DNA of 64,000 nucleotides, from positions 4,358 through 68,357 of the forward strand of contig REDG01000056.1 of assembly GCA_007693605.1 (NCBI GenBank), read 5' to 3'. Each line of letters opens with the position of its first letter. Position 1 is the first letter of the stretch. The position numbers were made by a program, and so were the translations under genes. The notes under the pieces are model-generated. The model ran no database searches and was not told the origin of the DNA. It saw only the letters and a list, made by a program, of their open reading frames with translations. This stretch comes from Bradymonadales bacterium (GTDB taxonomy: Bacteria; Bdellovibrionota; UBA2394). Shown in pieces: positions 9,635 to 18,806 of this stretch.

Positions 9635-11274
9635 AAAAGAAGCATTCGCAAGATTTTGTTAAGTTCACCGATCGAGTGTTTCTCGCGGCTTTGGTCTTGC
9701 AGGTTTTTCTTCTTTGCGGACTGGCGTTTGCGGGTCTTTCCACGATGTTCTGGCTCAGTTCTCGCGCAGGAGAAGAGGTCATTGAGTCAAACTTTTTGAC
9801 TTGGGAGAATCGGCTGACCGAGGCCGTTTACAGAAACCAGATTACTGGCTTTTGGCTATGGGAGGAGCTTCCAGAAGTGCGAGAGTTTGAACAAGCCCTC
9901 AGGTTGAGCGGTCAATCCGTCGAGGTTTCTGTCAGTGAGTGTGAGTCCACGAGCGATATTTTAAAGCCGCTGACTTTGGGCTATCTGCCTTTGAATCGCT
10001 GTGTTGTGATCGCTCGTTCTTATGAGGAGATTTCTAGGCAGGCCGGTTTGATTTCCCTTTTTGCTTTGGCCTCAGTGGTGATCTCGATTTTCTTTTGGTG
10101 GCTCTGGCGCGGTCGATTAAGGCGCCGCTATGTTCAGCCCTTGGTGGCTTCTCTCGAAAAGGAGGCCAAAGATGCCGCTCTTGGAAAGATGGCGTCTCAG
10201 ATTGCGCATGATATTCGTTCACCGCTGGCGGCTCTGAACATTTTTCTGAGAGACGCTCATAGTATGCCCGAAGAGAAGCGAGATCTTCTTCGATCGGCCG
10301 TTCATCGAATTCATGACATTGCCAACAATCTTTTGCCCAAACGAAAGGGGCTGTTTGTGACTCAAGACGGGCCACAGATCGAGTTGGTTTCGAGTCTTTT
10401 GGATCGGTTGGTGACTGAGAAGCGGATTCAATACCGGCGAAATCGAAAGATCGAGATTCACTTCAAATTGGCGAGAAGCGCCTACGCGGCCTTTGCGAAG
10501 CTAGAGTCGAGCAGTTTTTTGAGAGCCGTTTCAAACCTGATTGATAATGCCGTAGAAGCCATTGAGGCCGAAGAGGGGCAGATTTCTGTGAGTCTTCGTT
10601 GTCAGCCCGATTCTTTGATTGTTTTGGTGGAGGATAACGGACGGGGGATTCCTTCCGATAAGCTTCATCGCGTCTTTCAGCGAGGGGTCTCATACCAGAA
10701 GCCGGGGGGCTCGGGGCTTGGTCTTAGCTATGCTAAAGAAGTGGTGGAGGCTTGTGATGGACAGTTGGGTATTTTGTCGAAGCCGGGTAAGGGCACCCGA
10801 GTTTCGATTCGCCTGCCTAAGGCCAGCGATCCGGCCTGGTTTTTGTCGAGCATTCAGATTTGGGATGGAATGCGTGTTGCGATTGCAGATGATGACTCTT
10901 CCATCCATCGGATTTGGGATGGCCGTTTTCGTTCCTTTCGTGCAGAGGAATTGGGCGTCGAGTTGAAGCACTTTTGGTCTCTTTCAGAGTTAGATCACTG
11001 GAAGTTAGAGGATTTGGATTTTCAGAGCTTTGATCTGTTCTTGATGGACTACGAGTTTTTCGGAGAGTCCAAGACCGGCCTGGATTGGTTGAAAGACAAT
11101 CGCCTGGTTGATCGGGCGATTCTTGTCACAAGTCGCTTTGAAGAGGCGGCGCTTCAGGCACAGGCCGAGCGACTCGGTTTGAAGGTGTTGCCGAAGGGCC
11201 TCTCTGCCTATGTTCCCTTTGAGCATAAAGCTCAAGCCTGGTTCAAAAAAGAAGAGCAATCAAGAGAGCGATAG
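9631..11274 (+). CDS. Membrane sensor histidine kinase with C-terminal receiver-like domain
   Basis: Two TM segments, H-box AHDIRSPL, N-box NLIDNA, DNGRG, GSGLGL; C-terminal IADDD...LFLMDY...ILVTS...LPK. Confidence 0.85.
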   Translation: MKKKHSQDFVKFTDRVFLAALVLQVFLLCGLAFAGLSTMFWLSSRAGEEVIESNFLTWENRLTEAVYRNQITGFWLWEELPEVREFEQALRLSGQSVEVSVSECESTSDILKPLTLGYLPLNRCVVIARSYEEISRQAGLISLFALASVVISIFFWWLWRGRLRRRYVQPLVASLEKEAKDAALGKMASQIAHDIRSPLAALNIFLRDAHSMPEEKRDLLRSAVHRIHDIANNLLPKRKGLFVTQDGPQIELVSSLLDRLVTEKRIQYRRNRKIEIHFKLARSAYAAFAKLESSSFLRAVSNLIDNAVEAIEAEEGQISVSLRCQPDSLIVLVEDNGRGIPSDKLHRVFQRGVSYQKPGGSGLGLSYAKEVVEACDGQLGILSKPGKGTRVSIRLPKASDPAWFLSSIQIWDGMRVAIADDDSSIHRIWDGRFRSFRAEELGVELKHFWSLSELDHWKLEDLDFQSFDLFLMDYEFFGESKTGLDWLKDNRLVDRAILVTSRFEEAALQAQAERLGLKVLPKGLSAYVPFEHKAQAWFKKEEQSRER

Positions 11275-12352
11275 AGATACTCAAGCTGAGTTGGCCGTGG
11301 ATTTTTGCGGCTTCGAGCCGAGAGCTTTCGAGTTCAATTGAAAAGGGCCCCGAGGCTTTTGATAGTTTTCTTGAGAGTTTGAAGCTTGGAAAGGCCACAA
11401 GACCCGCTAGGACAATTGGAAAGGGCAGGATGTGTGTGGCCAAGCCAATTCCGAGAGTGAGCAGGCCGAGGCCGTAGATGATGCCAGGTATTTTTTGTGC
11501 CTTTGAAAAGCCCATTATCTGGGCCAAGGTCATCGCTCCCCGAGCTTGATCCTGGGGAATGTCTTGAAGGTTGTTGCAAAAGAGAAGGCCGACCGCGAAC
11601 ATTCCCAAGGCGGAAGAGATATACATCACGCCAGAGTTGAAAGTGCCAAAGCTGACATAGGAGAATGCCAGGCCTAGAAGAGGACCGCACATGGCGAACA
11701 CCAAGGCTTCTCCAAGAGCGATGTACTTCACTCCAAACCTAAAGTTGCCGCCTGAATAGCTGAGCACTCCCAGGCAGGAGACCGCTCCGACGACCCACAG
11801 CCACAAGGGCCACTTCTGAAGAAGCCCCAGCCATAGACTTGAAGCTAGAGCTAATAATAGACAACCAAGGGCGAGTCTCTTGACACATCGAGGGCTCAGC
11901 CACGCTTTTTGTATCGCACCGCTGCCACCAGGTGTGCCTGGCAAGTCAATGAGGCGCTGGTAGTCAGCATAGTCGTTATAAAGATTAATGGAGGAATGGA
12001 GTAAGATTGTGATGAATCCCCCAAGACTCGCTGCCAGCAGATTTAGATCCCAGCCTTGCTGTATTCCGAATAGGACAACACAAATCCCGACCCCAAGGGT
12101 TGCTGAGAAACTGTATGCTCTAAGAGAGGACAGAACTCTAAGGTGGAGCCCGGGTCGTTTTAGTTGATCAACAGGAGTCACCTGAAAGATGCCATAGGAT
12201 TGGTTGGAGTCTTGTAGATCTACAAATCTGACCAACTGAGCGAACCTCTCTCCTTCGGAAGTCTTCAGCACTCCTGATTCCATTAGTTCTTGAAACAACT
12301 TCTCATTTCTTTTCAGTTCTAAAATCGACATGGGACTACTTTGTTCGGTCAC
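11243..12352 (-). CDS. menA: UbiA-family prenyltransferase, MenA-like
   Basis: NLYNDYADY...D and NNLQDIPQD..RG..TLA Asp-rich motifs, KY..LGE; multiple TMs. Confidence 0.7.
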   Translation of the reverse strand: MTEQSSPMSILELKRNEKLFQELMESGVLKTSEGERFAQLVRFVDLQDSNQSYGIFQVTPVDQLKRPGLHLRVLSSLRAYSFSATLGVGICVVLFGIQQGWDLNLLAASLGGFITILLHSSINLYNDYADYQRLIDLPGTPGGSGAIQKAWLSPRCVKRLALGCLLLALASSLWLGLLQKWPLWLWVVGAVSCLGVLSYSGGNFRFGVKYIALGEALVFAMCGPLLGLAFSYVSFGTFNSGVMYISSALGMFAVGLLFCNNLQDIPQDQARGAMTLAQIMGFSKAQKIPGIIYGLGLLTLGIGLATHILPFPIVLAGLVAFPSFKLSRKLSKASGPFSIELESSRLEAAKIHGQLSLSISIALLIALLF

Positions 12353-13310
12353 CGAGCTTTTCGATCACCTGGCGTAAGTACTTACGAGCTTCCTCGTTAA
12401 CCGCTCGATCTTGAATTCGTTCAACTTGGTCTGTTGCTTCCCGAAGGAGAGCCTTCGAATAGGCGCGCAACTTCAAGCAGACCTCTGGGAGCGGCCAAGC
12501 TTGAGGAATCTCCGGGTGCTCCGCGCCAAAGACTTCTCTGAGTTCATCCTTAAGTTGAGGGTAGTCCCGCAAAAGCTGAATGCTGACAAAGTTCATCATC
12601 CCCTGGGCCAAGTCTTGGCCGGACGCCTTCCCGGTGTTCTGAGAAAAGTCGAGAATATCGTCTTGAATCTGAAAAGCGACACCTACTTTTTCACCAACCA
12701 ATTCGAGTGCCTTCAATGTGGGGAGATCTAGACTCGCGAGTCGGCCAGGGATACTGAAACAGGACCGAACCAGACTGCCCGTTTTCAGTCGAGCGATTTC
12801 GATTTGCCGATCCCAGTTTTGATGAAGCACCCCCTGAGATTCCAACTCCATATACTGACCAACCACCAAGTCTTCCACTACTCCTGAGAGTTCTTTTAAG
12901 ATGTCCAGTCTTCCTCCGGCGGCCGTCTCCTTCATGACCTGCGCAATGAGGAAGTCTCCGCAGAGGATCGCGGCTGAGTTTGATTTTAGGTGATTGATGG
13001 TGTCTTTATCTCTCCTTCGTGGAGCCTGATCCATCACATCGTCATGAACGAGCGTGGCCGAGTGAATAAGTTCTAGGATTCTTGCAAAAGCGAGGACCTC
13101 ATCCGGACTAGTGTGAAACATGTTCGAGTTGATCAAAAACAAGAGAGCACGAAAACGCTTGCCTGAACTCAGGTACTGAGAGTTCAAAAGATCGGAGAGT
13201 TCAGGCAAGCTTTGGTGGGCATGAATTGAGAGATTGATTTTTGGTAGCTCCCTCTTTAGCTTCTCGAGACTTTCTGACTTTGCCTTAAAAAACCAAAGAT
13301 TGGTCACCAT
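12336..13310 (-). CDS. Polyprenyl diphosphate synthase
   Basis: GKRFR, ELIHSATLVHDDVMD...RR, KTGSL, FQIQDDILD. Confidence 0.9.
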   Translation of the reverse strand: MVTNLWFFKAKSESLEKLKRELPKINLSIHAHQSLPELSDLLNSQYLSSGKRFRALLFLINSNMFHTSPDEVLAFARILELIHSATLVHDDVMDQAPRRRDKDTINHLKSNSAAILCGDFLIAQVMKETAAGGRLDILKELSGVVEDLVVGQYMELESQGVLHQNWDRQIEIARLKTGSLVRSCFSIPGRLASLDLPTLKALELVGEKVGVAFQIQDDILDFSQNTGKASGQDLAQGMMNFVSIQLLRDYPQLKDELREVFGAEHPEIPQAWPLPEVCLKLRAYSKALLREATDQVERIQDRAVNEEARKYLRQVIEKLGDRTK

Positions 13311-13610
13311 AGTTTAGTTAAGTTTAAACTCAACAAGACCTCCAGTAAATAACTTTATCTCTTAAAAATACGCTATTAAACTATTGTTTTTATTAGATAA
13401 TTTTATCAGACCCCCGGTCTTTGGCATCTTGTTTCATCTGAAGTTTAGCTCTTTTTGAAGTCTCATGGGGGCGAAGAAGGGGCCTTGCATTTCAAAAGAG
13501 GTCACAGGCTTAGGTTCGTCTTCGTTTTGAATTCTTTGGGTCGTGTAAAGAATTGTTAGTCTTCGGCCAAGGCTCTAACGGAACCTCTTTAGTCCGATCA
13601 TACTAAGAGG

Positions 13611-14696
13611 GTGAGGCTGCAACTTTATCGAAGAATCATCATCGTCAGCGACGCTTGGGTTCCACAGGTCAACGGGGTAGTTCGTTCACTTCAGAACCTA
13701 CAAAAGGAGCTTGCTCTGTTGGGATACGATGTGGAGATTATTCATCCCAAACTTTTTTTCAATTTCCCCTGTCCCCGCTACTCAGAGATCCCCCTGGCAC
13801 TTCCTTTGGGAGGTAAGCTAGGGCAACGACTAAGTAAGTTTGACTACTCGGCCATCCACATTGCAACAGAGGGGCCTCTTGGTCTGGCAGCTCGCGCATT
13901 CTGTATCAGAAACTCGATTCCGTTCACTACGGCCTACCACACAAAGTTTCCAGAGTATGTGGAAGCAAGATTTGGTCTATCTGCGAAGTGGGGCTTTCGC
14001 TATATGCGCTGGTTTCACTCGCAGTCGGAGGCGGTGCTCGCGCCGAGTCCGAGCTTAATCAAGAGTTTGCAAGAAAAGGGATTTCGAAACCTCAGGCTTT
14101 GGGGTCGAGGAGTAAACCTCGATCTCTTTAAGCCCACTCCCTATTCTTGGGAGGATTTTTGTGAAGACCATCAGGTTATGCGATCAAAACGACCCTCTCG
14201 AATTCTTCTTTTCGTGGGTCGCGTGGCCGTGGAAAAGAATATCGAGGCTTTTCTGTCTCTTCGTTGTCCGGGCCTGAAGGTGGTGGTGGGAGACGGTCCA
14301 GAGAGACAAAGCCTTCAGTTGCGCTATCCTGACGCCCTCTTTCTTGGAGGGATGGCCTCGGAGGATCTTCCCCGCTTGTATTCGCTCGCTGATGTCTTTG
14401 TCTTCCCTTCTCTTACCGACACCTTTGGACTTGTGCTTTTGGAAGCCCTCGCCTGTGGAACGCCTGTGGCGGCCTTTCCAGTCACTGGCCCTCTCGATGT
14501 TTTGGGAGAGCGAGGTCCAGGCGCGCTAGATCGAGATCTCGAAACTGCCGTCCGAAAGGCTTCAAGCATTTCTCGAGAAGCCTGCGTTCAGTTTGCGGCT
14601 CGGCACTCGTGGCGCAAGTCGGCAGAGGTCTTTCTGGGCGAGCTGGAGTCGCTAATCACAGGAATCTCGCTTGATGTCTCTTTGCAAGAGGGCTAG
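13611..14696 (+). CDS. Glycosyltransferase family 4 (GT-B)
   Basis: DAWVPQVNGVV, HIATEGPLG, VGRVAVEKN, DTFGLVLLEALACGTPV. Confidence 0.9.
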   Translation: MRLQLYRRIIIVSDAWVPQVNGVVRSLQNLQKELALLGYDVEIIHPKLFFNFPCPRYSEIPLALPLGGKLGQRLSKFDYSAIHIATEGPLGLAARAFCIRNSIPFTTAYHTKFPEYVEARFGLSAKWGFRYMRWFHSQSEAVLAPSPSLIKSLQEKGFRNLRLWGRGVNLDLFKPTPYSWEDFCEDHQVMRSKRPSRILLFVGRVAVEKNIEAFLSLRCPGLKVVVGDGPERQSLQLRYPDALFLGGMASEDLPRLYSLADVFVFPSLTDTFGLVLLEALACGTPVAAFPVTGPLDVLGERGPGALDRDLETAVRKASSISREACVQFAARHSWRKSAEVFLGELESLITGISLDVSLQEG

Positions 14697-14724
14697 AGCT
14701 TGCTTTGAAACAAGGAGGTGCTCA

Positions 14725-14973
14725 ATGAACGTTGTTAAAGTCACCAAAGACTATCGGATTTTTAAGAAGCGATCTGGGCGATATGCCGTTCAGAGTCTGC
14801 AGAAAGCTTGGATTCATTCAGATGACAAGATTCAAATTCTTCAAAGGGAAGGTTTGATCAAGCTGACTCCAGCGAAGAAAGAGCCAGAGATTCCCCCCGC
14901 TGCTGAGGGGCAGGCTGCGACTGCATCAGTCGAGGCAGGTGCATCCGATGGGGCCACCGAAAAGTCAGAGTAA
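14725..14973 (+). CDS. Small hypothetical protein with Ala/Glu-rich tail
   Basis: Strong SD AAGGAGG before ATG 14725; YRIFKKRSGRYAV core. Confidence 0.65.
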   Translation: MNVVKVTKDYRIFKKRSGRYAVQSLQKAWIHSDDKIQILQREGLIKLTPAKKEPEIPPAAEGQAATASVEAGASDGATEKSE

Positions 14974-14983
14974 GACGCAAGCT

Positions 14984-15859
14984 TCAAAATCTTTTGAGCA
15001 AACTCGAACTAAACTGAGCCACTGAGGGCTTGTGAAGTCTTAGAAAGAGATCCGGCTCGATGAGCTCTAGCTCCATCAGAAGATAGCCCTTGTTTTTCCG
15101 GACAAGATCGACCCGTGCGTAGAGAGGCTCTTCTTCTAAACCATTCAGAATTTTTTTGGCAACGCGGAGCGCCTCTGAGGGGCAAGGAGTGATTTCAACT
15201 TTTCCCCCGAGTTCCTCTTGAACGCGGTAGTCATCTTGCCCCGGCCGTTTTAAAGCAGCGTGAGAGAATTCATTTTCAAAGAAGACGAGAGAGAGTTCGC
15301 CTTCGGTGATCAGTGTCTCTTGAAACTCTTGAAGAAGCCAGTGGTCACAATTGGAGTTCTGCAACTCTTGAGTCAAAAGCTCAAGTGAATCACCCAGCTC
15401 AAGCCGATGGCAACCCAAAGCTGAGCTTCCAACCAATGGTTTGATGACGAAAGATTCGTACTCAAGCTTTGAAAGAATATCGGAAATGTTTCGAAGCTCC
15501 TCTCGTCGGAGCAGCTTCGAAGGGATGACGGGGTATCCGAGACCTTCCAGTTTCAAGAGATAGTCCTTCTTAAGGTTCCATCGAATTTGATTGGGGGAGT
15601 TCCAGACATCCAGCCCAGACTTTGAGAGCGACTTCAGAAGATTCTTGAAGGCCTTGAGTTTTTTTGGATAACCCCATGTTGTTCGAAACAGTACAGCCTG
15701 CATCCGCTGCGATTCCGGCTCAAAGCGTTCCCAATTTTCCAGTGAAACTCGAAGTCCGTTTGCTTCAAGAGCCCTCGCGAGCAAGAGATCATCCTCAAGA
15801 GGTTCTTTGAGAGTTTCGGTGGTTAAAAGAATGAGGTTATGAAATCTCACAGAACACAA
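14984..15859 (-). CDS. ATP-grasp (RimK/glutathione-synthetase-like) ligase
   Basis: WN..K.YL, VIKP.VG, GELSLVFF, DYRVQ...GG, YARVD, MELELIEP. Confidence 0.8.
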   Translation of the reverse strand: MCSVRFHNLILLTTETLKEPLEDDLLLARALEANGLRVSLENWERFEPESQRMQAVLFRTTWGYPKKLKAFKNLLKSLSKSGLDVWNSPNQIRWNLKKDYLLKLEGLGYPVIPSKLLRREELRNISDILSKLEYESFVIKPLVGSSALGCHRLELGDSLELLTQELQNSNCDHWLLQEFQETLITEGELSLVFFENEFSHAALKRPGQDDYRVQEELGGKVEITPCPSEALRVAKKILNGLEEEPLYARVDLVRKNKGYLLMELELIEPDLFLRLHKPSVAQFSSSLLKRF

Positions 15860-15878
15860 ACTCGAGACTCGTTTCGGC

Positions 15879-16148
15879 TCAGCCTCGAATCAAGACCCAA
15901 AGGCCAACCAAAACAAATATCGATCCAGCCATATAGCGAATGAGGCTTTCTGGTAGATAGTGCGCGACAATGCGACCCATGAAGAAAGCGAAGATTCCAG
16001 CCAGCATTAAGCCGATCAGAATTCCCGCCAGAACCTCCCACTTGCCTCGATGTTCTGCCGACAGAGCTAGGGCCGTTAGCTGGGTTTTGTCGCCCATTTC
16101 GAGAACGAACATTGAACCTGCTGTTAGAAAAAAAACCTTCCAATCCAT
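15879..16148 (-). CDS. TMEM165/GDT1 (UPF0016) family Ca2+/Mn2+ transporter, single-repeat form
   Basis: E-x-G-D-K-T motif (LEMGDKTQL), three TMs. Confidence 0.85.
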   Translation of the reverse strand: MDWKVFFLTAGSMFVLEMGDKTQLTALALSAEHRGKWEVLAGILIGLMLAGIFAFFMGRIVAHYLPESLIRYMAGSIFVLVGLWVLIRG

Positions 16149-16155
16149 ATCTCAC

Positions 16156-16650
16156 CTACTCCAAAAATGAAATCATCAGCATAAAACCGGCCATAGCGGC
16201 CATTCCCAAATTTTCCAGAACGCTAATGTGGCTTAACTTTACATTTAAAACCGTTCCCAGGCAGGCGCAGCGAAACTGGTAGCCTCTTTTCAGGCTCAAG
16301 AGAATGCCCCCAAGTCCGAAGAGCATGAGACCTATAGTAAGAAGGTAGAGGGGCACAAGAAAGCTTTCTACAAGATAGCCAAAGCCAAGTCCCAGCTCCA
16401 AAAACGGATAGGCAAAGGCATAGGGTCGCCACTGTTGGGCCAACAAATCATATTTCTGAAATCCGTCAGCAAATCCTCTCAGATTCACGAGCTTGAAGAG
16501 GGCGAGCAGGACAAAGAAAAAGCCCATAAAGGAGTGCATCCAAGACTCCCAGTGCCAGCTTTCGCTTCGCAGTTCAACGGCATAAGCAAGGCCCCCTGTA
16601 AGGGCGAGAATCCAAAGAAGGGGAGCATAATTTCTAATCGAGGAAAGCAC
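16156..16650 (-). CDS. MauE/DoxX-like membrane protein
   Basis: FK..NL.GFA..F..YDLLA, YPFLELGLG, CACLG, ENL.M. Confidence 0.7.
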   Translation of the reverse strand: MLSSIRNYAPLLWILALTGGLAYAVELRSESWHWESWMHSFMGFFFVLLALFKLVNLRGFADGFQKYDLLAQQWRPYAFAYPFLELGLGFGYLVESFLVPLYLLTIGLMLFGLGGILLSLKRGYQFRCACLGTVLNVKLSHISVLENLGMAAMAGFMLMISFLE

Positions 16651-16769
16651 GGTCTAGGCCTAGCGTTTTTCGAGATCTTTGAACACCCTATAAGATTGTC
16701 GCCCAACTCCTGATTAACGGCACTCCCCTTTTGATTTGCGTGCAAAGCTCAGATAGAACCAGAACAAGG

Positions 16770-17657
16770 ATGTTTTCTCTTTCTCGGGGCCAGCAATTCG
16801 TATTGTTGGCCGTTTTTCTGTTCTCGTTGATGGGGGTGATCGTCAAGTGGTTGAGCGACCTTCCGACACATCAAGTGGTGTTTCTGAGAGCCTTGGTGTC
16901 TTTGGCCATGACCGCTCCACTCTTGGCCTGGGCTAGAATTCAACCCTTAGGTGTAAACCGAAAGCTGCTTTTTGCCCGCGGTCTTGTCGGAACGGCCGGT
17001 CTTTTCATTTTCTTTTACACTCTCACTAAGATGCCTTTGGCATCGGCCTATACCCTGCAGCAGATCTCTCCATTGTTTACGATTTTCATTGCGGGAATTT
17101 GGCATCGACAAGATGGGGCGAGTCCAAAGCAGTGGGCCCTTTTTCTTTTGGCTTTTTTCGGCGTGGCCCTGGTTCAGGGCTTTGATCCAAGAGTGTCTCT
17201 TGGTCATGCTGGCCTAGGCATTTTGGGCGCTGTGGCTTCCGGTTTTGCTTACAATTTTGTCAGAGAACTTAAGCGAACGGATCATCCTCTTGTCGTCACC
17301 TTCTATTTTCCGCTCGTGGCCTGTATTGTCATTGGGCCTTATAGTTTGTTTCATTGGACTCCTCCGACTCCAGTCGAATGGCTTCTACTGGTGATCTTGG
17401 GCATTATCACTTTTTTGGCTCAATGGTATATTACGATTGGCATACAGATGGACTCGGTTGCTCGAACAAGCCCACTCATTTATGTCGGGGCCATTTTCTC
17501 TTTGAGTTTTGGATATTTGATTTTCGAAGAGTCGATGCCCGCTTTGGCCCTCTTGGGGATTCTAGTTATTTTGGTCAGTCTTGCGCTGGCTCAAAACCTT
17601 AAGACGCCTCGCTCCGAACCCCCTTTGGACGAGTCAATGCCCTCATCAAGGCCCTAG
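16770..17657 (+). CDS. DMT/EamA family transporter
   Basis: About 10 TM helices, two EamA repeats (VVFLR, PLFT); start refined to ATG 16770. Confidence 0.85.
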   Translation: MFSLSRGQQFVLLAVFLFSLMGVIVKWLSDLPTHQVVFLRALVSLAMTAPLLAWARIQPLGVNRKLLFARGLVGTAGLFIFFYTLTKMPLASAYTLQQISPLFTIFIAGIWHRQDGASPKQWALFLLAFFGVALVQGFDPRVSLGHAGLGILGAVASGFAYNFVRELKRTDHPLVVTFYFPLVACIVIGPYSLFHWTPPTPVEWLLLVILGIITFLAQWYITIGIQMDSVARTSPLIYVGAIFSLSFGYLIFEESMPALALLGILVILVSLALAQNLKTPRSEPPLDESMPSSRP

Positions 17658-17701
17658 GCGGGGGGGCTTGGTCTTGGGCGCCGTTTCGGTAGAATGGAAG
17701 C

Positions 17702-18085
17702 ATGGGCAGCAGCAGCCAAAGAGAATTTCAACGCTATGATGTCTCTCATTGCTTCGTCTTGGGTGGAGAGATATCAGAGTATCCCCAGCAGCTTAGGATG
17801 ACGACGCTTGGTCAGGGGGGCTGTGGATTCTTTTCAACAGAGGCTCTGCCCGAGATTGCTCCTCCGCGCGAGGTCGCCTGTTCGATTTTTTCAGTAAACT
17901 CAGAGGGTTACGAGGAGTCCCACATTCTGATGGGCAATGTCCTCTATATCACCCCCTCTAATTCAACAGCAGGGGTCTCATTCTATTATGGAGTAAAGTT
18001 TTTTGAAGAGGATCGGAGAAAGCTAAAGCGACTCATTTCTAAACTCGAAAGACTTGCCCAAAAAGGGGAGCTTCAACGAGTCTAG
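17702..18085 (+). CDS. PilZ-domain protein (putative)
   Basis: QREFQR (RxxxR), TLGQGG (D/NxSxxG-like), YGVKF. Confidence 0.6.
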   Translation: MGSSSQREFQRYDVSHCFVLGGEISEYPQQLRMTTLGQGGCGFFSTEALPEIAPPREVACSIFSVNSEGYEESHILMGNVLYITPSNSTAGVSFYYGVKFFEEDRRKLKRLISKLERLAQKGELQRV

Positions 18086-18722
18086 GCTCGTGCGATGTGG
18101 TCTTTGTGAGTCGAGTCGGCTGACTGAATTTTCCTTTGTTCACTCTAGGCGCTATCTTCGCTGCGAAGATTGCCTGTTGATTTTCGTTCACAAAGACTTT
18201 CATTTAACTCCCGAAGCAGAATATCAGCGCTATCTTTTGCACGAAAATGACTCGAAAGATCCTCTCTATCGGGATTTTTTCTCTGACTTTCTGGGCGAGA
18301 TCCTTCCGAGATTGAAGCCTCAATCTCGGATTTTGGATTTCGGTTGTGGGGCGGACTCGGCTCTTGGGGCTCTCCTCCGAGAGCGAGGTTTTGTTGTCTC
18401 GGACTACGATCTTTATTTTCGACATCAACCGGAGTTGCTGGGGAAGCTTTACGACAGCGTGTTGGCAACTGAAGTGCTTGAGCACCTACGAGAGCCCCTT
18501 CCGGCCCTGAGGCAAATGCTCTCTTGTTTGAAGGCCGGAGGGCTGTTGGGTATCATGACCCGACTGTTTGAGGACTCCATTTCGTTTGAGAGCTGGCATT
18601 ATCCTCGAGATCCCACTCATTTGTGTTTTTGGTCAGTTCGCAGCTTCGAAGTTTTGGCGGATCGAATGGGTCTTCAGCCGCTTGGTGTAGGACCGAAAAT
18701 TCAAATCTTTCAGAAGCTTTAG
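18054..18722 (+). CDS. Class I SAM-dependent methyltransferase with N-terminal CxxC motifs
   Basis: CGLC, CEDC, LDFGCG, TEVLEHL, WHYPRDPTH. Confidence 0.85.
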   Translation: MPKKGSFNESRLVRCGLCESSRLTEFSFVHSRRYLRCEDCLLIFVHKDFHLTPEAEYQRYLLHENDSKDPLYRDFFSDFLGEILPRLKPQSRILDFGCGADSALGALLRERGFVVSDYDLYFRHQPELLGKLYDSVLATEVLEHLREPLPALRQMLSCLKAGGLLGIMTRLFEDSISFESWHYPRDPTHLCFWSVRSFEVLADRMGLQPLGVGPKIQIFQKL

Positions 18723-18806
18723 CTTGGGAAAATGATGAAGTAAGCTCTTTTCTTTGCTTCTCAAAGTCCGCTAAATCTAAAGCCCAAGACCTGAAGGAAC
18801 TCCTAA

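Noticed and set aside
13421..13437. ttggcatcttgtttca as a sigma54 promoter, with an IHF-like AT tract upstream
   Set aside because: The -12 position reads CA rather than GC; too weak to call
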